Assembly (NCBI RefSeq): GCF_018977255.1 | Contig: NW_024704742.1 | Span: 110,982,001 to 111,046,000 of the forward strand | Source: Callorhinchus milii | Taxonomy: Eukaryota | Direction of reading: 5' to 3' | DNA length: 64,000 nucleotides | Part shown: piece after piece, positions 23,682 through 36,479 of the stretch | Layout: every line of letters begins with the position of its first letter | Numbering within the stretch: position 1 is the stretch's first letter | Program-made: the position numbers and the translations under genes | The notes under the pieces: model-generated | Seen by the model: the letters and a program-made list of their open reading frames with translations, nothing else | What the model was told of the DNA's origin: nothing | Databases searched by the model: none

Positions 23682-24840
23682 GTACAGTCAGTCCCAGTTC
23701 TGAGGATGATGCAAAAAGATTGCAAAGGGATATAGATAGGCTAGGTGAGTGGGCAAGAAGGTGGCAGATGGAATATAATGTGGGGAAGTGTGAAGTTATT
23801 CACCTAGGTAGTAAAAACAGAAAAGCAGATTATTTTCTAGAAGGGGAGAGACTAGATAGTTTTAGTGTTCAGAGGGATTTGGGTGTCCTTGTACACCAGT
23901 CACAAAAAGTTAGTATGCAGGTATAGCAAGAAACTAGGAAGGCAAATGGCATGTTGGCATTTATTGCAAAAGGGTTAGAATACAAGAGTAGGGAAGTCTT
24001 ACTGCACCTAGAATATTGTATGCAGTTTTGGTCTCCTTATTTAAGAAAAGACATACTCACCTTAGATGGGGTGCAGCATAGGTTCACTAGGTTAGTTCCT
24101 GGGATGAGGGGCTTGACCTATGAGGACAGGTTAGGTAGACTAGGCCTATATTCTCTAGAATATAGAGAATTAGGAGTAATCTTATAGAAACATATAAGAT
24201 TCTTATGGGACTTGACAGAGTAGACAGTGTGAGACTGTTTCCCTTGGTAGAAGAATCTATAACTAGGGGTCATAGATTAAGAGACAGCCCTTTCGAACAG
24301 AGTTGAGGAAACACTTCTTCACTCAGAAGGTAGTGAATTTAGGGAATTCTCTACCCCAGAAGCCTGTAGATGTTCAGACCTTGAACATATTCAAGACTGA
24401 GATTGATAGATAGAGGAATTCATGGATATGGGGATAAGGCGGGCAGATGGAATTAGGTTAGAAGATCAGCCATGATCTTATTGAATGGCCGCGCAGGCTT
24501 GAGGGGGTGAATGGCCTACTCATGCTCCTAATTCCTATGTTCCGTTATAACATAGCCCAGTTTAGGATGGGTCTGTTTATAGCGTGGGTGCACCGTAAAC
24601 CCACTGTGTGCCAAAAGCATGGCATATTTCCGATTTCTGGTGCAACAAGTGACATCAGTGACACTTTGTGCATGATAGTATGCAGGCACAGTGCATAGGA
24701 AATTATGTCATTAGTGCTTCCTCTACACAGCATGCATGCACTTTACACTGGAATGGCCATCATCGCTATCTGTGCCCCATTATAACCTGGGATCTGATTT
24801 CATGGACCAAGCCAATACATTATAACATGGTCCAATCTTA
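23682..24840. mobile_element. Possible decayed Tigger/Pogo-like MITE interrupted near its left end by the CR1
   Basis: TACAGTCAGTCCC..[CR1]..CGTTATAAC on the left, repeated TTATAAC motifs inside, CATTATAACATGGTCCAATCTTA on the right; GTTC flanks the CR1 on both sides. Confidence 0.4.
23697..24542 (+). mobile_element. CR1 LINE 3' fragment (RT C-terminus to tail)
   Basis: LQRDIDRLGEWARRWQMEYNVGKCEVIHLG, HLEYCMQFWSPYLRKDI; tail ATTCCTATGTTC. Confidence 0.9.
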
Positions 24841-25852
24841 GTTGATAGCTACAAGACAATCTCTTTATAATGCAGGCATTTACATTCTATTTCTCTGCAA
24901 TCTCTCTGCATTATAAGAGGTGTGAAGAAATGGCTAGCTTCCGGGTTGTCAGGTCAACAATCCCTTCATCCTTCATGAAGTGACATCAGCGGCATGTCCT
25001 GTGCAGTGTGTGCAGCCTGCAAGAAGTGGCATTAGCCGTATTTCCTGTGCATGACTGCCATGTGCAGGACGTGACGTTGACAGTGACCTAATCATTTGGA
25101 TATTGGCCACTTTCTGGCACAGGCTTATTAACTCCAACAACAACAATTTGCATTTATATAGCACTCCTCACACAGGGTAGCATCCCAGTGTGCTTAAAAC
25201 TGCAGAAGCTAGATATACTACACTTCCAGCAGTACAGATCCACAAGACACCAGTGCTACAAGAAAAGCAGTATAATATTAGGGAGGGAGCAGGAGCACTG
25301 TTATAATTGTGTTACCCTGTACATATAATGTGAGAATATGCCTGTGCATTCTCTCTCTCCAGATGAAGTAATCGTTAGGTCAAACATTTTGTCTCTCTTC
25401 CCTTATTTGACTAATATATAAAGCTCAAAGTCTCATCTAACACTTATTATTCTAAGGCTTCAATCTCATCAGCTGTTCGATATTGAAGATTTTGCATTCA
25501 CATGTGATAACTAAAAATTCATTTGATCATATGAGCCTTCTGATTACCATTGTTAACTAGACCGTAGGGAGTCTGTTTATGAATTTTATAAACATGTATG
25601 ATCTTTACTGTATATGAGAAAATTACTGATGGGCTATTGCAGCCAAAATTCAAATTCTCTTATTGCTTGCTGTCATGGAATTATAGAAATTGGAACAGAG
25701 GAGGTTATTCACCCACTAAAAGTATGCTGGTGCCAGTAACCTCCCTGGAGCAAGCCCATTTAGATACCAGCCCCTGCTCTTTCCCCATACTCTTTTATAT
25801 TGGATCTCAAATTCCTTCTTGAGTGTTGAAGTCTTAGCTTTAATAAGCTAAG

Positions 25853-26083
25853 TTTGTTAGGCGATTGCAGATCGCTTTTCCGGGGGTAATAATCCCATCA
25901 AAAAAAAATTGGTCACTCAATCCACGACTGTTTGTGGACACTGTTGTGCACAATTGGCTGTCATGTTTCACCCACCAAATATGCAGTCAATTCACTTTAC
26001 AACATATTCTGTGAAGCACTTTGAGATGTCTCAAAAATGTAATAAGGCACTATATCAAATGCAAGGATTGTTAATATTATTAC
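25853..26083 (+). mobile_element. 5'-truncated long-form SINE
   Basis: Begins inside the long-form-specific segment (TTGTTAGGCGATTGCAGATCGCTTTTCCGGG), then Deu core and tail. Confidence 0.75.
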
Positions 26084-26364
26084 TTGTGGTGAAGCATGAA
26101 CAGGGGAATGCTTCTTTTACGAGCTACAAAAAAATGACTTAAAAGTTAAGACTATTCAGCAATTTTTGCAAAACTTTGCGTGTACTGAAATGGGTTAGAA
26201 AATAGAGTAAATCTAGACCCTGGTGGAATTCCACCTCCAGATACCGTAACCTCTGGGTATCCAGACTTCATACCTAACTGGACCAGGCCTGAAATAAAAA
26301 ACTAAAAAAAATTTCCATGGACCTACAAATTTCCGTGGGCTGCGTGTAGACTCCCGATGGCCAC

Positions 26365-26500
26365 CTCTTCTAGTACGTCCCTCCCTCTCGTCTAGTATGC
26401 CCCTCCCCCCTCTTCTGGTACACCCCTCCCTCCACATCTAGTATGCCTCTCCCTTCTTGTCTAGTACGTCCCTCCTGCCTTGTCCAGTATGCCCCTCCAC
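26365..26500. repeat. Minisatellite, ~6 diverged units of 22-23 bp
   Basis: Unit approximately YKTCTAGTAYGYCCCTCCCTCY. Confidence 0.8.
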
Positions 26501-27634
26501 CAGTCATCTCACCGTCCTTGCTGTCCTTCGGTGGCCAAGGATACAGTATCGACTTTGACTCCCGCAAGCAGAAAAAGCAGAACATAAAAAATAATTACAA
26601 TTTTCAAAAATGCTGGTAAAAGGCGGTACAAGCTTTGTTATTACACTAGCTCCCTGGACCAGATCTGCCAAACATTGTTCCGGCTGGTTGGGATTTAGTG
26701 TAATCGAATAACTCTCTATTTGCAAATAATGTACCAGATATCCTCACTTATACATTTTCTACTGTTGGATTAAAATCAGGAGCTGCTGTATGGGTGCATT
26801 GGAATCCACTCCAGGAGAACTGAATCCTGCAGCACTGAAAGGCGATTTACATCAGTGGGTTCACTTTATGCTTAGCACACAGGTTTCTGGTTCAGTGGAC
26901 AATCGGCTCCTGTTGTCATTGCATGTCAAAGAGCTCAGTCAGTGCTATAACTAGGTGAACAATCAGCTAGACAAAGCCTGCTGAAAGACCCATAATAAAG
27001 GCAAGAAATATACAAATTGTAGCTGCCTCAGACAGCAAGTCTATCAAGCAGGCAAAGGAGAACCAACCTGACTACAAAAGGATAATAATGTCTGCCTCAG
27101 GTCTCTGTCTCATCCTTTTCATACTGCTGCAAATCTGAGATGCTCTTAAAACAGTGACGGCACGAATAAAGGACAGATTTAAAACATTGTGAAGTGGGAG
27201 ACAGCAAAACAGAGATTGGAGTAAATTCATTGCATTGGATTGCTGAATATACTGAAATTCTAATGAAATTCATTGGTGCTTAAACTTGTGGTATTCTGCC
27301 TAAAGGAACCGTTCTGAACAGTTTTTACTTCTCTGGTACAGCGGAGAACCTGATTTTGGGAATGGTTCATTATGGAGATGGAAATAGTCAGGTCATCAGA
27401 TCACCTGAAAACTAATATCTAATCAGTCACAAAATACAGAATTTACCATTGCCAGAAACAATTCCAAACTCCTAGACAAATCTAGGTCAGCAAATCCAAT
27501 GGTCCCAGACCAGCTCAGATAGCAACACCCGCGCTTGCAGCACCTTGGGACGTCCTCCCGATGTGAAAGGCGCTATGCAAATGTAATTTTATTGTTGTTG
27601 TTGTTCTGAGTCAGAAGATTATGTGTTCAGGCTC

Positions 27635-27975
27635 CCATTCAACACCTGTTAACCCTGCAAGCCAAAGCCCTAATGGGTAGCATAGTCCTAGCTGCACAAG
27701 CAGTGGGAAAGCTTGCCAGATAGCGATATCAGTGGCAAGCTATGCGGTTTTAGCTGGTTAGACTCCAGTAACACAAACTTTGGGGTCCCCAAACCTTGGA
27801 TCTTGCCAACCTGTGCCTAATACTTTCTGGAATTAGGTAAGCAGAATGTGTCCTTCCAGGGAGAGAGTGCACATTATATTCCAACAATCTATCTCTGGGA
27901 TTTCCATATATAGGTGGGATACATGGAAATCTTAACTTAAGCATGGTGATGGATTTCCGCATGTGTCAGACATCC
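27635..27975 (+). repeat. Unclassified dispersed repeat (family X), copy
   Basis: Shared blocks GCAAGCCAAAGCCCTAATGGGTAG, CCTAGCTG, GGGGTCCC, CTTGCCAACCTG..CCTAATACT, TTAGGTAAGCAG. Confidence 0.72.
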
Positions 27976-29479
27976 AGGTGACAAAAAAGGCCCCACTAAT
28001 AGTCCAGGCTGACACTCAAGTGCAGTAGAGTGCTGAGGGAGCAGTGTATTGTCACAGGCACCATTTTTTAGATGAGACATTAAACCAAGGACATGTCTGC
28101 CTGTTTAGGTGGATGTTAAAGATTCCATGGCATTTTCCAATTCAAAAAGAGAAGGAAGTTTCTTCTGGTGTCCTGGCCAACAATTATTATTCACTTTATG
28201 GCTGTTTGTGGGTTGTTGTTACATGCAGATTGGTTGCCACAATTACCTACAATAACACAGTAATTATCGTAAAATCCTATGAAGCGTTTCAAGACGTCCT
28301 CCCGACGTAAAAAGCGCTATATCAACTGCAAGGATTGGTATTATCATTGTTGTTTTATTTGGAAAGTGGAACTCGGTGTGCTGATTCACTGGTTAATTGC
28401 TGCCTCACACTATTTGGACATCACTCTTAACCATTAAAAAATATTATTAAATATCAGGAGCTGGTAATATTGTAAGCCTGAAAACCACTCAACTCTGGGT
28501 TAAGTCTCTATGGAGCAGACACTGGGGTTTATCTTCCCAACATAAAGACACAGCAAAGAGATTGCTGGTTTTAGCAAGCAGCATGAGATAGACACCACTC
28601 TATCTGGCAAGTGTAAATGTCCACAGTCTCCGGTCCAATTGTTATTAAGTCTGTGCCCAAAGGCAGTTCTAGAGGGTCACCCATGATACACCCGGAACTT
28701 GCTATATAGCATTTGAAAATGTTTAGATCTCAGTGTTTCTTTAAAACTCAACCAGAAATGATGAGTCTGTGACACCGGACAAAATCAGAGGCACAGTGTG
28801 AGAACTCTGTTGTCAGTTACATAATGGCAACCTCTTGTCGAGAAAGACAGAAACACTGTCTTGTGAGGTACTTTGCGACATTGCCCCTTCAAGGCGATCA
28901 GATGCCGTTGTACTGGCTCTAAAAGAGCAAATGCTTTTTGACTTCCTGTGCTTCAGTAACACCTCATAGGTTCTTTGTTCATCTAATAAAATGTTACTGA
29001 AACATGCTTCACAATATTGCAGCACAAGAGCCAGTCAGAATAACCTGCAGACACTAATTAGGAAGCATTGCAATCTTTTAGTACTAGAATACATTGCTGA
29101 TGTAAGTTGAGAGTAGTCCAGAGACAGCCAAACCCAGCATTGAATAAACAGAACTGGTTTGATCTGGCTGGGCGGCTTGAGTCAGCACAGCGACTCACTA
29201 GCACCACACCACATAACACACATGTTTCAGAAGCATAGGATGCTTGATCTCGGTTTTGTCTGCTTATCACTCCTCAGAGTAATGAATGTTCTTGGAATTG
29301 ATTCTGTAAAGCATTCTGACCCCAGTTTAGATTTTGTTATAAAGCAAAACAACCTCTATAGAAGGGCTGGCAAATAAGTGTTACTTCTTTTCATTCTGGA
29401 CAAGAATACACTCTTGCACACACACAACAATGTTTAGGGTATTATTTGATTTATATTTCTCTAAACTTATTTATTGTCT

Positions 29480-29812
29480 TTTCCTTCAAGTGGTGAATTC
29501 TCAGTGGTGATTTGTTATAAGTGTCAGCTTCTCAAAGGTATCATTCTTTGTGTCTCAGACTACAACTACAGTGAGCGTTGACAAGATGTGCAACAATAAG
29601 GGTGTGGCCATCATAGCCTAGCTTGATCCAGTTCTAACCTGATACCCACACGTTTTGCAAAAGACATTACTGCACAGTGAAAGAGAACGTGAACCATAGC
29701 TTCATGTAGTGTATGAGAGACTTAAGGCAATTCTAGTGCTTCTATCACTGGCTTGAACAACATTTGCTAATTCAGCGGAGACCAGGGATCAAAGCTGGAC
29801 CTTTTCTGATCC
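29480..29812 (-). mobile_element. LF-SINE-like relic
   Basis: GATCAGAAAAGGTCCAGCTTTGATCCCTGGTCTCCGCTGAATTAGC on the minus strand, with downstream blocks in consensus order. Confidence 0.62.
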
Positions 29813-30218
29813 TGAAAATGTTGAATGTAAGGTGATTATTGGGTATTATTGCTTCCAAACACGTTACATAATGAGCAGACTCAAATGATATCAATAGCAC
29901 ATGTAGCTATTGTTCATTTCAGTTTATATCCCTACATCCACCAATACAACCTTGAAAATATCACAGTCAAAGCACAATATTGTCTTAAGTTACGTGCACA
30001 TGTGTACATTTTGCAACTATGGGCCACTGGATAGTAGTCATGAGCAGGTACACTGGCTGACTTTTCAGTCCAAGGTGTTAATCGCGGCTATTACTGACCA
30101 GCTCAGACCAGCAAACTCAGCTGACCTGCAATTGAACCTGCAACCTTCTAGTTTTGGCTGAACTTTATAATCTGGTTTCACACTGCATGATAATGGAAAG
30201 TTAAACTGGGCGGAAGTA

Positions 30219-30541
30219 TTAATAATAATAATAATAATAATCCTTGCATTTGATATAGCGCTTTTCACATCTTCTAGACCTCTCAAAGTGCTTCACAAAA
30301 TATGCTGTAAAGTGAATTGACTTTATATTTGTGGATGAAACGCGGCAGCCAATTGCACACAGCAGTGTCCCACAAACAGTTGTGGATTGAAAATGACCAA
30401 TTTATTATTGTTTTGTTTTGGAGGGATTATCATTAGGCGTGTGGAGTAAGGAAACTTGCCCAGGGTTTCGCCCCGCCTGGAATTGAACCCAGGTGTCTCG
30501 TTTGCAAGACAAGTTCTCTAACCACTGACCTACAGGACTCC
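30219..30541 (-). mobile_element. tRNA-Ala SINE, short form, full length
   Basis: Reverse complement of the same family, with (AAT)n at the left end. Confidence 0.87.
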
Positions 30542-31030
30542 ATTATTATTCTGTAATGTTGCGAAATCTGCTCATTTACCAATTATTAGGATGCAGCTTC
30601 TGTTTATTTTAGACTCACTCTCATCATCTGCTGTGACAGCACCATTTCTGCACTTGTGGAATTTAGTACCAAATGAACCAAGCTCTTAAAAACATATGAT
30701 CATCTGTAACACAGAAAAAAGTATTGGTTTTGCATGTAGTGTTCCAATAAAAAGAACTTGTTGAACAGGACTGTGATTTTTAAGGTTCTTTCTGGGGTTT
30801 TTCAGTGTCCCTTCACTGTACAGTTTTTGGCCTCTCCATCCTTCAGTTGGGAGGATAGAGGGCAAATCTCACTCTGTGGACTTTAGTGGAATTATCACCG
30901 AGATCACTGGTTCTTTTGTCAGTCAGGCAATACTGTACCAACACCATCTTTTTCTCTGGTCTTCTCCAGATCTACAAACACTGCCACCTTGTGGCCTAAC
31001 TGGATTAATTTGAACAGTGTCACACGGATT

Positions 31031-31551
31031 CAACAACAACAACAACAACAAGATTCCATTTATAAAGCGCCTTTCACGTCAGGAGGACGTCCCAAGGCGC
31101 TGCACAGTTGGGTCATGACCCGAGCATTGGGGGGGAAATGGTCAGGGTGAGGGGAGGGAAGGGAGGGAGCGAGGAGCGGGGAAATGGTCAGGGTGAGGGG
31201 AGGGAAGGGAGGGAGCGAGGAGGGGGTAGAGAGTCGAGAGGGGAGCTGAAGGCTCGGTCAAAGAGAAAGGTTTTGAGACCGGCCTTGAAGGAGGAAAGGG
31301 AGGAGGCGGCGAAGGCACTGGGGGATGGAGTTCCAGAGTCTGGGGGCTGAGAGGCTGAAGGCCCGACCACCGATGGTAGGGCGGTTGGGGCGGGGGATGT
31401 GGAGCAGACCGGAGCCAGAGGAACGGAGGGTACGGGCAGGTAGGTAGGGGGATAGTAGGTTGGAGAGGTAGGAGGGAGCAAGGCCGTGAATGGCCTTGTA
31501 GGTGAGGATGAGGATCTTGAAATCAATCCTCTGGGGGATGGGGAGCCAGTT
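31031..31551 (-). mobile_element. Young L2 3' fragment with a 46-bp-period tandem duplication in the 3' UTR
   Basis: [49 protein letters not shown]...GAGGAG occurs twice (31132-31176 and 31178-31222). Confidence 0.88.
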
Positions 31552-32533
31552 ATTATTCAAATAATAATAGCACCTTATCATGTCTCTGAGAAGTAACAAA
31601 GTGCTTTGTAGCATATACTGTAAAGTGGAATGACTGTGTGTTTTGTGGAAGAAAGATCGCAGCCAGTTGCGCGCAGCAATGTCCCACAAACAGCCATGGA
31701 GTGAGTGAGCAATTTTATTTGAGGGTTTGTCAGCCAGGACACCGGGAGAAACTCCCTTCTCTTTTTGAATAGTGCCATGGGATCTTTAGCATCCACCATT
31801 AGTCCCAACATGGGGCAGGAACCCAAACCTTCTGATTCAGATTCAGAATCAATTAACAGACAAACAAGCTGAAGAATAGAATTTGGATTGTGTGGTTAGA
31901 AGTTAGCATTATCACTATTAATATTATGATGACTTCTCCCCTGTGAACCTGTTAATTTCATGCATTTAATGCAGAACAAAATAAATTGCAACATATTCAC
32001 CTCAGAACTTTTAATTCAAGATGTCTTACAGGTCACGATTATTGATTCAGACAGGTAATGATATAATAATAATAATCCTTGCATTTGATATAGCGCTTTT
32101 CACGTCTTCTCGACGTCTCAAAGCACTTCATAGAATAGACTGGAAAGTGAATTGACCGTATATTTGTGGTCACTCATTAATTGCAAAAAATCAACTCCAT
32201 AAAATGTTATTACTTTACAGTTCAAGGACATTGATTCCCAGAATAACAACAAACAACAACCACGTTGTGGTCTGATGTAGCTGGGTTTGGTTCCACTCCC
32301 TGCCCTTGTAAAGTATTGTACTTTAACAATACAATTCAATCGTACAATTCAATCTTCTTGACATAAAAGACAGTATGTCAACTATCATATAGTATTATTT
32401 ATCATATGCCCCAGTCAAATCATTCACTTGCAATTATGTTGATAACTCATATCTACCTGCTGCTTGGGTTATTTCTGACACCCACAAGCCACTATGTCCA
32501 GTGAATGCTATTATTTTCTACAGCAACATATAT

Positions 32534-32849
32534 GTGGAGTCCTGTAGCTCAGTGGTTAGAGCACTCGCTTTGCAAGTGAGAGACCTGAGTTCAATTCCAG
32601 GCAGGGTGAAACCTTGGGCAAGTTTCCTTATTCCACACGCCTAATAATAATCCCTCCAAAACCAAAAACAATAATAAATTGGTCATTTGCAATCTACGAC
32701 TGTTTGTGGGACATTGCTGTGTGCAATTGGCTGCCGCGTTCGCCCACAAATATACAGTCAATTCACTTTACAGTGTGTTCTGTGAAGCGCTTTGGAACGT
32801 CCTCCCGACGTGAAAAGCGCTATATCAAATGCAAGGATTATTATTATTA
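32534..32849 (+). mobile_element. Young tRNA-Ala SINE, short form, full length
   Basis: Head, body, Deu core and tail intact. Confidence 0.88.
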
Positions 32850-35389
32850 CAGCATTGCAACATTGGAATATAGGGGAAATTTGTAGCATTTTATAACATA
32901 CTTCTCATAACAATCACAAGAAATGAGTTAAGTAACTCAAATTTCACCGGGGAAGTGCAATTTATGTGTTAGGCTGGCTCAGTTGGTTGCACTCTTGTTC
33001 TGTGTCAGACGATGGTAGGTTCAAACCCCTCTTTGGGACTTGATACTCCATTACAGTGCTGGGGGAACGCTGTATTGTCAAAGGTGCCATCCTTCTTATG
33101 AGACTTGAAACTGAGGTCCCATTTGCCTGTTTGTGTAGACTTTAAAAAGATAATAATTCTTATAGTAATAAAGGAAATAATAATCCTTAGATTTGGTATA
33201 GTTGCTGGGAGGACGTCTCAAAGAGCTTCACAAGATATATTCCAAAGTGGAGTGACTGTATATGTCATGGGCAAACAAATCCTTGCATTTGATATTTGAT
33301 TTGATATAGCCCACAGCGCTATTCAGAAAGAAAAGTGAGCTTCTCCTAATGCCCTGGCCAACAATTGCCTGATAAAATCGATCATTCAATTCATGACTGT
33401 TTGTGGGATTGCTGTGCACAAAATTGGCTGCTGGGTTATGCTACAAAATACAATCACTTCAGTCAGATCCGTGAAGCACTTTGAGACCTCTTCCAATGTG
33501 AAAGTTGTTATATCAAATATTTATTATTTATTAATTTTAAAGCTTTTACTTTCAAACGTGCGTTATTTGTTTGGAGACATTTCAAAGAGTAAGAAGGATG
33601 ACTTCAGGCCTTAGAAACAGAAGAATAGGAACAGCAATTGAATAGTTTAAGGCCCTTAAGCTTGTTTAGTGCCCTTTCTCTGCCTTTTCTATATATCCCT
33701 TAATGCCCATACTTACGAAGAACCTCTCCATCTCCCTCTTAATTCTGTACCTGTGGACTCCTGGATAATGCATTCCACACTCTCATAATCCATCGTGTGA
33801 AAAAAATGTTTTCTGGTTACACTTACAACTGACATAGCTCTAATTTTATGATCGTAACCTGGTGACTTTGGCTCCAACTTATGAAGAAACTCAAAGAAGA
33901 TTTTCCCCAAAGGACAGTAAATGTTTGGAATAGAATCCATCAAAACCTTGTAAGTGTTGGTACTGCTGCATAACTAATTGGTAGGCAGTTTTCCAGGGCA
34001 TTTCTGGATTTCCAAGCTGATCCAAAGTGCTCATCCCATTAAACTGAACGGTGCTTTGGGATAGACATGAGCCAGCCTAGTGATATAGATATCATCAAAA
34101 TGGCTCAGGACTAGAAATGGTCACTTAGATATTAGGCTATTCATTAATTATGGTTGAAAGCTCTTTAAGAGGTCCAAATATACTCAGTTCAAAGCCAGAT
34201 TTCTATCTACTCAGTTATTTAACAATTAGGAGATACTATACTGTGTTACCGTATTATTTAAATAACAGAAATGGGAGCGTATTTGTATAGAAATTGTCCA
34301 GCATTCCTTTTGTTTTAAAATGTATATGTTTATTCTACCGCACTGTATGCATGTAATTTTGTACTCCGGAGCTACTAACTTGTGTGGAGAGATCCTGGCT
34401 CCAACTCAATGTCATGTGTGGTTTCAACAGTCACACCTAACTTCCTTCACAAAGTCATGCCTGGTGTTATTTGTGAGTTAGGTGGATGAAGCTATCAGGT
34501 TTCAGCGACTGCTGTGAACAATTTTAATTAATTTGTCCCAATCCAGCTTTGAAAGTCTTAAGTAATTGTTGAGGTCTGAGTCTGCTAATCTTCTTACAGC
34601 AGATGAATGGCGGTTATGCCACGCTGGATAATAATAGCAATCTTTGCATTTGACATAGGCCCTTCATTTCAGGAAGATGTCTCAAAGTGTGTCAAAGGGA
34701 TATTCTGTAAAATGTAGTGACGGTATTTTGTAGGGAAATTTGGCAGCTAATTTACAAATATAAATGTTCCGCAAACAGCCATGAAGTGGATGACAATTTT
34801 ATTTGGGGCCTGTTGGCCAGGACACGGAGAGAAACTCCCTTCTCTTTTTGAATACTGCCATGGGATCTTTAGCATTAATTTGAAAACAGGCAGGCAATAT
34901 GAATATCTGTAGGCCTGTGCACAGTAACCCTTTATTAAGCAGGAATAATGTAAAAGCTTCATGGAGTTCCAATAGATGAGGATCAAAAGATGCAGGAATT
35001 GAACTGCTATTTTTCTTTTGCAAACTATTCAGACCTGTACTTCCATATTTTCCTATGGTGTTTTGCAGGACTAAATCCTTTTTGTTCTGAATATTTGCCT
35101 GGTTCTTGATTGGCAATAACCTCAGGTTCTGGTGGTGTCTCCTCCTCATTTCTTACCTGAATGATGATATCAGTGTACATGTGTACTTGTGTCTGTCTGT
35201 GAGTTTGTGGGGAGGTTGGAGTATGTTATGAGACGTTAGGAGGCTGAGTATTCTAGAGGATACATTTTCTTGTGGGATTTGGGATCTTATGAACTTATAG
35301 GTGAGTAGCAACATGTATGAGATATTTGCAGGATTGTGAAGTTAGATGTTTCAAACTTTCTTGAGAGATAATTTCACATACATTTGTAT

Positions 35390-35633
35390 TAATAATAAAT
35401 AATAATAATCCTTGCATTTGATACAGCGCTTTTCACGTCTTCTAGACATCCCAAAGTGCTTCACAGAATATACTGTAAAGTGAATTGACTGTATATTTGT
35501 GTTCCTTACTCCACACGCCTAATAATAATCTCTCCAAAAACAAAACAACAATAAATTGGTCATTTTCAATCCATGACTGTTTGTGGGACATTGCTGTGCG
35601 CAATTGGCGGCCGCATTCGCCCACAAATATACA
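35390..35633. mobile_element. tRNA-Ala SINE copy with inverted 5' segment
   Basis: 35390-35501 is the 3' tail on the minus strand. 35502-35633 is the directly upstream body on the plus strand. CACAAATATAC is present in both parts. Confidence 0.8.
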
Positions 35634-36479
35634 TACAATCTATCTAAATGTTGGAAAACTGCAATCATTGCCTGTGTTCATTTCCACAGAATTTATTAGA
35701 ATATACAGAATTAATTCAAACCGACTTGTGGTAATTGTCGCATGTAGGGGCAATCTTTCCATTACCTATGTACAATCTAAAGGGATTTTTCATGGTAAGC
35801 ACACAATGAACAGAACTGTATTGTTGCGCTTGGTAGACACCACTGAGAGTCTTAATTGGAGCACAGTGAGAATACAGGGAGGGGAAAAATATAATAGAAC
35901 AATGGATATTTGAAGCTTGGAGGTAATAAGAGAAAAGTTCACTGAATAATCAGCTCCAATTCAATAACTAAACAGCACATTACATTACAGTTAACAGGTG
36001 ATCATACCGAGCATTTTGCACCGCTAGCTGGAAGTGCTGATAATTTTGCATGGGGGAATGAAGCAGGAGCCTTGTTACCAGCTAATTAGGCCAATTAGCA
36101 AAGATCATTTCAACGAATTTGTGACTCTACAGCTGAATTTGTTATGGGAGATTTACTGCACTATCGCCCAGCTTTCAGATTCCCGTGTTAGCTATTGGCT
36201 CGTAATTGTGCTGATTTCAAGTGAATTTCCTGCCAAGAAGTAAAAAAAAAAGCTGTTTAATTTCTCTGCACTCTCAACTGTCCCCCAGTTAGTGTTTATT
36301 TTAAATCAAGCTTGCAAAGAGGGAGGAATTATTCTCCAGGAAAGATCAGATGAGGGTGGGAGGGAGGTGAAGGGTTCAATCCCAAACCTTTTATAAAGAC
36401 ATATATAACATGTCTTTTTACATGTTATATAAAGCTTCATTCCCCCATGCAAAAGTATCAGCACTTCCAGCTAGCAGAA

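Noticed and set aside
23660..23700. Strong-looking plus-strand splice acceptor (TTCTCTTCCTGATTTTCAG) before the CR1
   Set aside because: No partner exons or donor found, and the downstream sequence is a frameshifted CR1.
26365..26500. Repeat arrays here and at 52565-52655 considered as CRISPR-like
   Set aside because: Contiguous diverged units with no unique spacers, no cas genes, and a vertebrate context.
27643..27980. CACCTG...CAGGTG as TIRs of family X
   Set aside because: Only 6 bp, and other copies extend past this point, so these are not the termini.
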